Translations under genes and position numbers: made by a program
The notes under the pieces: generated by a model
What the model saw: the letters and a program-made list of their open reading frames with translations, nothing else
Database searches by the model: none
Told to the model about the DNA's origin: nothing
Origin: a virus
Length of the DNA stretch: 64,000 bases
Strand: one strand, 5' to 3'
Virus record (IMG/VR): IMGVR_UViG_3300004369_000003
Location: 1-64,000 of that record
Shown here: piece after piece, positions 18,212-26,093 of the stretch
Layout of the letters: every line of letters starts with the position of its first letter
Numbering within the stretch: position 1 is the first letter of the stretch

Positions 18212-18469
18212 ATGATTTATTGCAAGATGCCCGAATATGACGTAACAGTCATGCGGAACATGCAAGGCCAACTTGGCTGTTACATGTGCAAGTTTGGCGA
18301 CATGATAGAGACCGTCTATCACCCAGAGTCCACTCAAGAAATGTTGGACCACCTGTCAGCGCACGACCGCGCAGGAGACAAAGTTCCCCTCGGCCTCCAC
18401 ACTCAACTGGTGAACGACGACGAAAAGAACTTCCCCCAGAACTTGAAGACGGAGCCGCCTCGTCTCTGA
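18212..18469 (+). CDS. Hypothetical protein
   Basis: GGAGGAG RBS; CxxC...H..H. Confidence 0.65.
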   Translation: MIYCKMPEYDVTVMRNMQGQLGCYMCKFGDMIETVYHPESTQEMLDHLSAHDRAGDKVPLGLHTQLVNDDEKNFPQNLKTEPPRL

Positions 18470-18490
18470 ACGGAACGAGAGCGCGAAAAA

Positions 18491-18676
18491 ATGGATTTCA
18501 ACTACGCATTTGAGGCCATGATGTCAGCCGAAGAACAGATAGAACGTGCTCGAATCAAAGGCAAGATGGATGAGCGCAGGCGCATCTTGGAGAAGTTGGC
18601 TCAACTAGAGCTTCAGGGCGACAAGTTGAAGCGCAGTCCTAAGGAACTTGCACGCTTCTTTTGGGGAACTAACTGA
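18491..18676 (+). CDS. Hypothetical protein
   Basis: Starts directly after a repeat copy; ERRRI motif. Confidence 0.6.
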   Translation: MDFNYAFEAMMSAEEQIERARIKGKMDERRRILEKLAQLELQGDKLKRSPKELARFFWGTN

Positions 18677-18905
18677 AGTTCCTGACCCAACTTGCTACGA
18701 CCTTTTGCCATTCACTGAATGTCTGAGCGTCACCGCCACCTTCAAGCATTCGTTTGACAGGAACCTCAACTTGGTAGACAAGTGCCCCAGTTGAATTCTT
18801 CCAAATCTCAAGGTTGCCTCGGAGCATGTTGTCTCCGATAGGCATGACTTTCATAAAGTAAGCCCGACCGACAGGGCCTTCCCACAGAGGCTGTTCTTCG
18901 TCCAT
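18669..18905 (-). CDS. Hypothetical protein
   Basis: 78-aa ORF co-oriented with the pyruvyltransferase gene. Confidence 0.6.
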   Translation of the reverse strand: MDEEQPLWEGPVGRAYFMKVMPIGDNMLRGNLEIWKNSTGALVYQVEVPVKRMLEGGGDAQTFSEWQKVVASWVRNFS

Positions 18906-18909
18906 CTCT

Positions 18910-19623
18910 TTATCCTATCTGTCTATGCCAGACACGGCCTTGGACAATATTCTCGCAGAAAACGGGCTGTCCGTATCCTTTGGATGCAAACCAGTCCACC
19001 CACTTGGGAACGCAATCAACAAATCCATCGTGCCCCGCGAGGGGGGCCCAAGGCACTCCGTAAGCATCAGCAACCATTGCAGCGTGCATGGCACCAGCCA
19101 GAACAAACCTGGCTCCTGAAATCTTTTGAATAAACTCAATAATGTCAGATGGCTCTTCTACAACTGGACTGAAGATGGCGTCAGCGCCAAGTTCAAAGAT
19201 TGAGTCCTGGTTGTAGTCCGTCGGGTCTTGCATGTGTCGAACAACGAGGGCTAGCGCGTTTGGTGCGCCCTTCGCAACAAGTTTTGGAAGTTGGTACGCG
19301 GGGTCGCCAGTCACCTCAACGTGCACACCGTGTCGGGCTAGTTCGCCCTGGGTATATGGACCGCGAGCGCCGACAAACTCGCACTCGGCAACAAGTTCTG
19401 GGTCTAACTCTTCGCCTCGCCACCCGCAATTGATGAAAACAGGTTTATAACCTAAAGACAAAGATTCCAAGATGACTTGGTTGCAAATAACGCTTCCAAT
19501 AGGAAAATAGATGTGATTCGGGTCCTCCTGGAAGTCTTTATAGACTTTTTCAGGCAGGAGGATTTCGTATAGCGCGTCACCGAAGTTTCGCGTTACACCA
19601 TCCAGTTTCCACTCGTAAATCAC
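18910..19623 (-). CDS. Polysaccharide pyruvyltransferase-family protein
   Basis: NFGDAL, ARGPYT, GDPAY and MHAAMVADAYGVPW motifs. Confidence 0.8.
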   Translation of the reverse strand: MIYEWKLDGVTRNFGDALYEILLPEKVYKDFQEDPNHIYFPIGSVICNQVILESLSLGYKPVFINCGWRGEELDPELVAECEFVGARGPYTQGELARHGVHVEVTGDPAYQLPKLVAKGAPNALALVVRHMQDPTDYNQDSIFELGADAIFSPVVEEPSDIIEFIQKISGARFVLAGAMHAAMVADAYGVPWAPLAGHDGFVDCVPKWVDWFASKGYGQPVFCENIVQGRVWHRQIG

Positions 19624-19661
19624 TGTTTAAAATTACCATTCGACTCGTCTCCCGATGGGAG

Positions 19662-20162
19662 CTAACTGTAGGTGTCTTCTAGAAGAACAGCGGAGAGTAT
19701 TGAAATTTCTGGGTCGTAATGTACGTTCAAATTATCATCCGCGACAATCCTGTGGATTGCTCCGTCCATCGCCACATGGGTTACACACCCCGCGTGACCG
19801 ATTCCAATTTGAGGAGCCCCTGGCAGCAAAATTGCTGTTACGACGGTCTCCTGCGTTACATACAACACTCCGCCTCCAAGTGAAAAAGGTCCAAATGAAG
19901 CTTTGGTTACTTTCTCAAACTCTTGCTTGATAAGCGGAATTTCTACTTCTGCCTTCTTCTCGGGATTAAGTGGGTCATCGAGCAAAGTAAAAAACACGGG
20001 TTTGTAGAACTCATTCATCATGTGCTCCAAAACCCACTGAGCCATAGCAATAGATGAATGCGCCCACTCGAATGCATTGCTCGGTTTACGCCCGACAACG
20101 GAGAATCCCCACATGAGGTTCTCGAACCTCTGGGGCACAATCCGAATTTCTTCCGCACCCAT
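19662..20162 (-). CDS. Hypothetical protein
   Basis: 166-aa ORF; TATAAT-N6-ATG. Confidence 0.65.
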   Translation of the reverse strand: MGAEEIRIVPQRFENLMWGFSVVGRKPSNAFEWAHSSIAMAQWVLEHMMNEFYKPVFFTLLDDPLNPEKKAEVEIPLIKQEFEKVTKASFGPFSLGGGVLYVTQETVVTAILLPGAPQIGIGHAGCVTHVAMDGAIHRIVADDNLNVHYDPEISILSAVLLEDTYS

Positions 20163-20391
20163 AACCTAATTATAGAGACTGCCTCGTCTGCTGATTAGGG
20201 AACGAGAGCGCGAAAAGTTACTTTTCGAAGTCTTGGAGTTCGTCCTCTAACCACTCAAGATGGTCTTCTGCCATTTTTAGTTGGCCTTTTAGGGAGTTGA
20301 CTGTCTGCTTCTGCTTGACAACCTCAATCTCCAAGTACCGCATGTAATTTGTGTTCCCTAGGCTGGTTTTTTCTAGCATATTGAAAACTTA

Positions 20392-20586
20392 CTACTTCTT
20401 GGGGGCCCTGTTTTTTCTTTTGGGTTTACTCTCCTCGACCACGAATGCTTTCTTTTCTGGCAAAGGTGGTTTAGGCTTACCTACATGACACTTGCATTCA
20501 CATTCAATGATGCGGTCGTCCCAGTTTCTGTAATGGACGCGGCATCCTTCATCATGTCCGTCCAAACACCACCCGAACTTTGCCAT
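20392..20586 (-). CDS. Small Cys/His-rich hypothetical protein
   Basis: GWCLDGH..C...CECKCH; TAGGGT-N6-ATG. Confidence 0.55.
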   Translation of the reverse strand: MAKFGWCLDGHDEGCRVHYRNWDDRIIECECKCHVGKPKPPLPEKKAFVVEESKPKRKNRAPKK

Positions 20587-20659
20587 ACCCCTACCCTAAA
20601 CTCCATCGGCGGTCCCGCTGATGATTTCGGAACGAGAGCGCGAAAAGTTGGCTTCTGAC

Positions 20660-21199
20660 ATGAACACACTTATTGGTTACGAAGGCGAAGACGCCAATTA
20701 TGTTTTTGACGCTATAAGGATGCTTGGCGGAGGGCCCAAAGTGGGGCTCACGGCCTCGTGTTTTGACCTTCTTCATGCAGGTCACATCCTTATGTTAGAA
20801 GAGGCAAAGAGCGTTTGCGATTACCTCGTCTGCGCTTTGCAAACTGACCCAAGTATTGACCGTCCAAAAGAAAAGCGCAAGCCTATTCAATCTCTAGTTG
20901 AGCGACAGATTCAACTTCAAGCGGTCTCGTTCGTTGACGAGATTATTGTCTACGAGACGGAAGATGACCTACTCAACATTCTTAAGACTCGTCGTCCCGA
21001 CCTTCGCATCGTCGGGGAAGAGTACATCGGGAGAGACTTCACGGGTCGGGATTGGTGCGAGAAGAACAACATAGAGATTTACTACAACTCCCGAAACCAC
21101 AACTACTCAACCACAGAACTTCTAGACAGAATCTGGCACCGCCAACCAAGCGCTCGCAAAGACGGTTCTGTCCCAAGGAAGCCTGACAGTCTTGCATAG
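20660..21199 (+). CDS. Cytidylyltransferase (TagD-like, HxGH family)
   Basis: CFDLLHAGH, PIQSLVER, VDEII.Y and SRNHNYSTT motifs. Confidence 0.88.
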   Translation: MNTLIGYEGEDANYVFDAIRMLGGGPKVGLTASCFDLLHAGHILMLEEAKSVCDYLVCALQTDPSIDRPKEKRKPIQSLVERQIQLQAVSFVDEIIVYETEDDLLNILKTRRPDLRIVGEEYIGRDFTGRDWCEKNNIEIYYNSRNHNYSTTELLDRIWHRQPSARKDGSVPRKPDSLA

Positions 21200-21488
21200 C
21201 AAACATACGCAATGGATTGTTGCTCTGAAAACTATGGGCAACAAAGAGTACTGGACAAAAGCAAACATCTTTGAGTTTGTAGCTTTTGTTGTGAAGGCAG
21301 TTATCATCGTCCCAGGACTTCTTTTTGACATTCAGTTCTGGTGGCTTTACATCTTTGCAGTCGTCTCTAGTTTGATGCTGATTTGGTCTTCAACGGTAAA
21401 GACCATCCCCACTCTTATTTGGTTCAACATTCTTTGGGTTGTTTTGGCTGTTGCAGCAATAATTCGTCAACTCATAGTGGTACAATAA
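21192..21488 (+). CDS. Small membrane protein
   Basis: Three hydrophobic segments; start uncertain. Confidence 0.65.
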   Translation: MHSKHTQWIVALKTMGNKEYWTKANIFEFVAFVVKAVIIVPGLLFDIQFWWLYIFAVVSSLMLIWSSTVKTIPTLIWFNILWVVLAVAAIIRQLIVVQ

Positions 21489-21496
21489 AAAAGCCA

Positions 21497-21563
21497 ATCG
21501 CGGCCTCTGGGAGGACATCGGTCTCCAAAACCGATTAGCAGGGTTCAATTCCTTGACGCGGTG
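21497..21563 (+). tRNA. Atypical or degenerate tRNA-Trp(CCA)
   Basis: TCGGT-CTCCAAA-ACCGA anticodon arm and CAGGG-TTCAATT-CCTTG T-arm; 6-bp acceptor; shortened D region; no encoded CCA end. Confidence 0.65.
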
Positions 21564-21601
21564 CTCTTGAGAAATGTAATAGTTCGTGTTAGGTTCAATT
21601 C

Positions 21602-21907
21602 ATGGAACTATTAGAAGGACACAGAGACGGTGAGACTTACGAAGAAGACTTTGACTTCGACAGGCTCAACGCTCAAGCAAAGCGCGTATACCTCGTAATG
21701 AAAGATTCTGAGTGGCGAACCCTTTCAGAGATTTCTTTTCACACGGGCGACCCAGAAGCCTCAATCTCTGCCAGACTGCGTGACCTACGAAAAGCCAGGT
21801 TTGGCTCATTCACGGTGGAGCGGAGGCGTCGGACAGAAAACGGTCTCTACGAGTACCGAGTTCTTACCCCCCTCTCCGTGGTGGAGTCCCTCAACCGACT
21901 ATTCTGA
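21602..21907 (+). CDS. Winged helix-turn-helix protein
   Basis: WRTLSEIS..TGDPEASISARLRDLRK. Confidence 0.75.
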   Translation: MELLEGHRDGETYEEDFDFDRLNAQAKRVYLVMKDSEWRTLSEISFHTGDPEASISARLRDLRKARFGSFTVERRRRTENGLYEYRVLTPLSVVESLNRLF

Positions 21908-21930
21908 TTTCGGAAAGGGAGCGCGAAAAA

Positions 21931-22062
21931 ATGGATTCTGAAGCCCGACGCACACAAACAGAGATTGCCAAGAACCTCAAAAGCATCTCTGAACAACTTG
22001 CCGAACAGAACCGTCTTCTTTCGGAAGTCTTGAAATACCTACTTCGCCACGAAGGCAAGTAG
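21931..22062 (+). CDS. Small coiled-coil hypothetical protein (43 aa)
   Basis: MDSEARRTQTEIAKNL...HEGK*; bounded on both sides by repeat copies. Confidence 0.6.
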   Translation: MDSEARRTQTEIAKNLKSISEQLAEQNRLLSEVLKYLLRHEGK

Positions 22063-22081
22063 CGGAACGGGAGCGCGAAAA

Positions 22082-22486
22082 ATGGCATCTGACGGATTCA
22101 ACCCCCACTTTGACATTGACCTCCAAAAGGGCAAGGTCGGTGAAGAGGTTGTCGAGGGATTCCTCCACGGCAGCAAGCACGAAGTCAAAGCCGATGCCAG
22201 GGTTCCCGAAACAGGCAACTTTTATGTAGAGACTTGGCAGTGGCAGGGTGTTGAAGAGAATGCCTACCCCTCAGGTATCAATGTCACAGAGTCTGACTAC
22301 TGGCACTGGTCCAGCCCCACGGGTAAGGGTGGCCTTTGGATTGAAACCGAAACCCTCAAAGAAATCCTTTCGGAAAACGACTATCGGGTGGGCAAGCAGA
22401 CCATTACCAACGAACACACCAACGCCTCCAAGGGCAGACTCGTCCCTCTCACCCACATCCTCCAGAAGCTCGGTTTCGTCAAATAG
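22082..22486 (+). CDS. Hypothetical protein, possible PD-(D/E)XK nuclease-like fold
   Basis: FDIDL..G.VGE, EVK.D, TGNFYVE and SGI...ESDYW. Confidence 0.6.
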   Translation: MASDGFNPHFDIDLQKGKVGEEVVEGFLHGSKHEVKADARVPETGNFYVETWQWQGVEENAYPSGINVTESDYWHWSSPTGKGGLWIETETLKEILSENDYRVGKQTITNEHTNASKGRLVPLTHILQKLGFVK

Positions 22487-22505
22487 CGGAAAGGGAGCGC
22501 GAAAA

Positions 22506-22769
22506 ATGCAATTTCCGCTCAAGGTCACCACAGAAACTGGCTCTGTCTACAAAATCAACGAGAGCGGTGTCTGCGTCAAGACAGATAAAGACGGCAGGGG
22601 TATTGATGCCTTCAAGCCGTTCTGTATAAAACCGATACCCGACGGAGTGCTCACCATGGGAGAGGTTTTTGACCTTCCTGAAGGCGACCCAGTGGTTGGT
22701 CAACGCATGTACATCTCTGGATTGAACACCTGGTGGGTAACCACCCCCGTTGTGTCCGTAGAACCCTAA
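22506..22769 (+). CDS. Hypothetical protein
   Basis: ATG directly after a repeat copy; TETGSVY...TTPV phage motif. Confidence 0.65.
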   Translation: MQFPLKVTTETGSVYKINESGVCVKTDKDGRGIDAFKPFCIKPIPDGVLTMGEVFDLPEGDPVVGQRMYISGLNTWWVTTPVVSVEP

Positions 22770-22935
22770 ACGCAAGAAACGCAACCCCGTAGGGGGGCTA
22801 TTGCGTCTTTTGTGGTTATAATTGTACGAAAATCGCCCCTGGCGTACAATATCTGAACATTATAGATATGGCTTTGGGTGTACACTTTTGAGTCTAAGTC
22901 TGTATACTGTAGAGACCTAAAGAAAGGGAGAAACA

Positions 22936-23154
22936 ATGGATATTGACTGGGTAGCACCGTTCAAGTTTGCTTTTGAGGCTGGGATGTGGTCCCTCGGGAT
23001 TCTTCTCTGCATCTTTGTCGTTCTGCTGGCTGCGTTTGTTGGATACGCCTTGGTCGCAGCATTTGTCGCTGCAATCAAGAACGCACGCAAGCAGAAGAAC
23101 CCTCGCCGTCGCTTTGAGACGGGCAACAAGTTCGACGTTTTCACGAACAAGTAA
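22936..23154 (+). CDS. Small membrane protein
   Basis: GGGAG RBS; long hydrophobic segment and basic tail. Confidence 0.6.
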   Translation: MDIDWVAPFKFAFEAGMWSLGILLCIFVVLLAAFVGYALVAAFVAAIKNARKQKNPRRRFETGNKFDVFTNK

Positions 23155-23159
23155 GCAAA

Positions 23160-23444
23160 GTGGGAAGCCCGTATCGGGAGCCTCGGCCTAAGAGCCCAGA
23201 GCGCCTTGCCGTAAAGAGCATTGACTTTGCTGGGCATGACCCAGAGGATGGTCAAGCCACCGTCACTGTCTCGTTTGTTTACGACCGTTGGTGTTGCAAC
23301 GGCTCGCACGAGATTCTTGATGCAATTACCACTGTTATGGAGACCTTTGAAGCCGCCTCTCAAACGGCAGAGAAAGAGCGACTAGACAACCTAAGTAAAG
23401 AATACGAAGGAATCTTTGATGACCCAGAAGACCCCGACCTATAG
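23160..23444 (+). CDS. Hypothetical protein
   Basis: 94-aa ORF in operon context. Confidence 0.5.
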   Translation: MGSPYREPRPKSPERLAVKSIDFAGHDPEDGQATVTVSFVYDRWCCNGSHEILDAITTVMETFEAASQTAEKERLDNLSKEYEGIFDDPEDPDL

Positions 23445-24162
23445 GTCAGACGTTGAAGTAGAACTGGTCAAGTGCAGTGCAGAAGATTTAGATGTTGTTT
23501 TCTCTGCTCGGGTTAGCACCGAAGGCGAGCGCACTCGGGACCTTGGGTTCTATCTAGAAGATGCAGCCCACGAGCTGTCAGACAAAGACAAAGGTCTCAT
23601 CAACTTCTTGATGCGTGAGCGCCACGGTACTCCGTTTGAGCACTCTTACTTCACGTTCTACGTCAAGGCACCAATTTTCGTGTGGCGAGAGCACATGCGT
23701 CACCGAATCGCCTCCTACAACGAAGAGTCAGGTCGTTATCGAGTTTTAGAGCCAGAGTTCTACATTCCTGGTCGCGACCGCAAACTCGTTCAAGTTGGTA
23801 AGCCTGGTGGTTACACCTTTGAAGAAGGCACTGAGCATCAGCACCAAATCACAGAGATTCATTACAAGATGACTTGTGAACAGGCATACAACGCCTACAT
23901 GGGGATGATTGGAAACAATGTTGCAAGGGAAGTGGCTCGTGGAGTTCTCCCTGTGACCATTTATTCCTCTGCTTATGTCACCATGAATGCTCGCGGTCTT
24001 ATGAACTTCCTGTCTCTTCGTGTCAAGGATGACAATTCCACCTACGCCTCATACCCCCAACGAGAGATTGAAATGGTGGCAGAGAGGTATGAAGAGATTT
24101 TTCAGTACCACATGCCCGTAACGCACGAGGCATTTGTGAAGAACGGAAGGGTGTGTCCATGA
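23419..24162 (+). CDS. thyX: Flavin-dependent thymidylate synthase
   Basis: HGTPFEH, RHRIASYNEESGRY (RHRx7S), AREVAR.VLP and NAR.LMNFLSLR. Confidence 0.95.
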   Translation: MTQKTPTYRSDVEVELVKCSAEDLDVVFSARVSTEGERTRDLGFYLEDAAHELSDKDKGLINFLMRERHGTPFEHSYFTFYVKAPIFVWREHMRHRIASYNEESGRYRVLEPEFYIPGRDRKLVQVGKPGGYTFEEGTEHQHQITEIHYKMTCEQAYNAYMGMIGNNVAREVARGVLPVTIYSSAYVTMNARGLMNFLSLRVKDDNSTYASYPQREIEMVAERYEEIFQYHMPVTHEAFVKNGRVCP

Positions 24163-24362
24163 CTACCAAGAAAGTCAAGCAAGACTGGACCCCTCTAGTT
24201 TCATATGCAGAAGGTTTTCTTGACGGTCTCAAGGCGACTTCTTGGACATGCATTGATTGTGGGAACACTTATCTCCCGATAGTAGAAGAGTGCCCTAATG
24301 TCCTTCTAGACGAGGCATCTGCAAGTCTTCGTCATGCTCAGTACAAGGCAGACAATGAGTGA
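24159..24362 (+). CDS. Small zinc-ribbon hypothetical protein
   Basis: WTCIDCG...ECP; coupled to its neighbours. Confidence 0.55.
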   Translation: MTTKKVKQDWTPLVSYAEGFLDGLKATSWTCIDCGNTYLPIVEECPNVLLDEASASLRHAQYKADNE

Positions 24363-25035
24363 GGGTATTGCTTATTGCTATGCCAGAGTCTCAACTCAAA
24401 TGCAGGTTGAAGACGGCATCAGCCTTGGAGCACAGGAAAAGCAACTTATTGCCGCAGCAGAGGCCGCAGGGTATGAGGCGGTAGTCCTTCGAGAAGAAGG
24501 TCGTTCAGGTAAGAGCATCACAGGTAGGCCAGTTTTAACCAAGGCTCTTTCTGACCTTGATTCAGGGACAGCAAAAGCCCTGTATGTGACCCGTCTTGAC
24601 CGACTTGCTCGTTCAACCCGTGACTTTCTCAGCATCGTAGACCGCTCTCATAAAAACGGATGGCGTCTTGCAATGCTTGACCTCGGTCTTGACACCGCCA
24701 CCTACCAGGGACGTTTCGTTGTGACCGTCATGTCTGCTATGGCAGAGATGGAGCGCGGGATGATTTCTCTGCGCCAAAAGGATGTCCACAAGGACCGAAG
24801 AGACAACGGAAAAGTCTGGGGAGTGGACATTGGCCCTAAGTCAAGGATTGATGGAGCACTTCTGGAAGAAATTCTGTTGTACAGAAGTAAAGGGATGTCC
24901 TACCACAAAATTGCAGAGAAGTTGAACAAAGACATGACTCCCACGCTTAGAAACGCTGAGCAATGGTACGCCTCAACCGTTAGAAACGTCTGTATCAACG
25001 CTTCTAAAACTAAACTTGGCGAGGAAAGTCTTTAG
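24355..25035 (+). CDS. Small serine recombinase (resolvase/invertase family)
   Basis: YARVST (catalytic Ser), SGK...RP, RLDRLARS, AEMER and a C-terminal HTH-like segment. Confidence 0.9.
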   Translation: MSEGIAYCYARVSTQMQVEDGISLGAQEKQLIAAAEAAGYEAVVLREEGRSGKSITGRPVLTKALSDLDSGTAKALYVTRLDRLARSTRDFLSIVDRSHKNGWRLAMLDLGLDTATYQGRFVVTVMSAMAEMERGMISLRQKDVHKDRRDNGKVWGVDIGPKSRIDGALLEEILLYRSKGMSYHKIAEKLNKDMTPTLRNAEQWYASTVRNVCINASKTKLGEESL

Positions 25036-25322
25036 ATATGTAACTTAGTACACCGATTTGTTATAAGAAATCGTCTTTCACAAGTCGCTAACCGATTTAT
25101 AATTTTGCTGTACGGAAAGAGATTTCCATAACTTAATAAGCTTCCAAGACATCATCTGAGGAGGTTCACCCAGAGCAAGCATCAGCTTAGGAAACCAGTC
25201 CAGATGCGTCTGAGGAGGTGGTCCAAAAGCCATAACCCGAGGGTGATACGCAGTCACCCGATGAAGGAGAGGCAACCGCAGCAGCAGCAGCGGTTTATCT
25301 AAAATAGTGACGGAGAGCGACT

Positions 25323-25520
25323 ATGGAACTTCTACGACAGATTTTTACGGCCCTGGGAGTGGCTGTTACTGTCTTCGTCTTCCTTGCAGGTCTAGGGTTC
25401 ATTGCTTTGATGTCTGTTCTTTCTCTTATTGCCAAAATTGAGTCTGAGTCAGAAAAGCAGGAAAATGACTGGCTAGCCGAGCAAGAAGAGAGCATTGAGG
25501 TCTGGGATTTTCGGGATTAA
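25323..25520 (+). CDS. Small membrane protein
   Basis: N-terminal hydrophobic helix, acidic tail. Confidence 0.6.
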   Translation: MELLRQIFTALGVAVTVFVFLAGLGFIALMSVLSLIAKIESESEKQENDWLAEQEESIEVWDFRD

Positions 25521-25622
25521 AAGTAGGAAAGCAACCCCTTTTTGTTTGCTTTTTTAGTTTTTCTATGATAAGTTTACTCATAAGGGACATGAGTTAGGCC
25601 AACGACAAAAATGGAGAGATAC

Positions 25623-26084
25623 ATGAGCCAAGAGCTCGTAGAAGAGTACGCATCCAAGATTGAGCCAATTTTGCCCCTGGCAAAGAAGGCTTATGGACGG
25701 CGCGACCAAGATACAGCAGAGCACAAAGCAAGCAAGCAGTACACGGACCTTCTTCGTGAGTTCCAGGACAAGGGAGGAAGCCTTCCAATGCTTGCCAAGC
25801 GAATCAATGTTGCTTACGCAGGTGTCCGTCGTCGAGTTGCAATGAGCAACATTGCTGTCTCTGACGTAAAGCCAAAGATTCGTCTCAAGGAGCAGAATAT
25901 TGAGGCGGCAGCAGAGCGAGTTCGTTCTGCTAAGGAGAAGGGAACCCTTGAGTACCACGACCAACTTCGGTCGGAGTACATGTCAGGAATTTCTTTGTCC
26001 AATCTTGCCAAGTTTATGGGGCTTAGTTCCGCTGCACCGCTCTATTATGGAGTCCAGAGGAGTCTCCAGAGACAAGCACGATAA
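25623..26084 (+). CDS. Tandem-HTH DNA-binding protein (possible terminase small subunit)
   Basis: Two G.SL..LAK helical motifs; lies immediately upstream of terL; start may be 25611. Confidence 0.55.
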   Translation: MSQELVEEYASKIEPILPLAKKAYGRRDQDTAEHKASKQYTDLLREFQDKGGSLPMLAKRINVAYAGVRRRVAMSNIAVSDVKPKIRLKEQNIEAAAERVRSAKEKGTLEYHDQLRSEYMSGISLSNLAKFMGLSSAAPLYYGVQRSLQRQAR

Positions 26085-26093
26085 GGGAGTTTT

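Larger units (their letters stand above)
18471..22505 (+). repeat. Six dispersed copies of SGGAAMGRGAGCGCGAAAA
   Basis: Copies start at 18471, 20198, 20628, 21911, 22063 and 22487; all at gene junctions and all on the + strand. Confidence 0.9.

Noticed and set aside
19643-19665. Seventh copy of the junction motif (CTCGTCTCCCGATGGGAGC)
   Set aside because: Shares only CTCGTCT and GGGAGC and lacks GCGAAAA; too degenerate to count
18471-22505. Junction motif as CRISPR repeats or integron attC sites
   Set aside because: Spacing is 150-1700 bp and holds whole genes; no GTTRRRY/RYYYAAC boxes and no tyrosine integrase in the window
25150-25240. Hammerhead ribozyme (two CTGAGGA cores)
   Set aside because: No stem II closed by a correctly placed GAAA for either core
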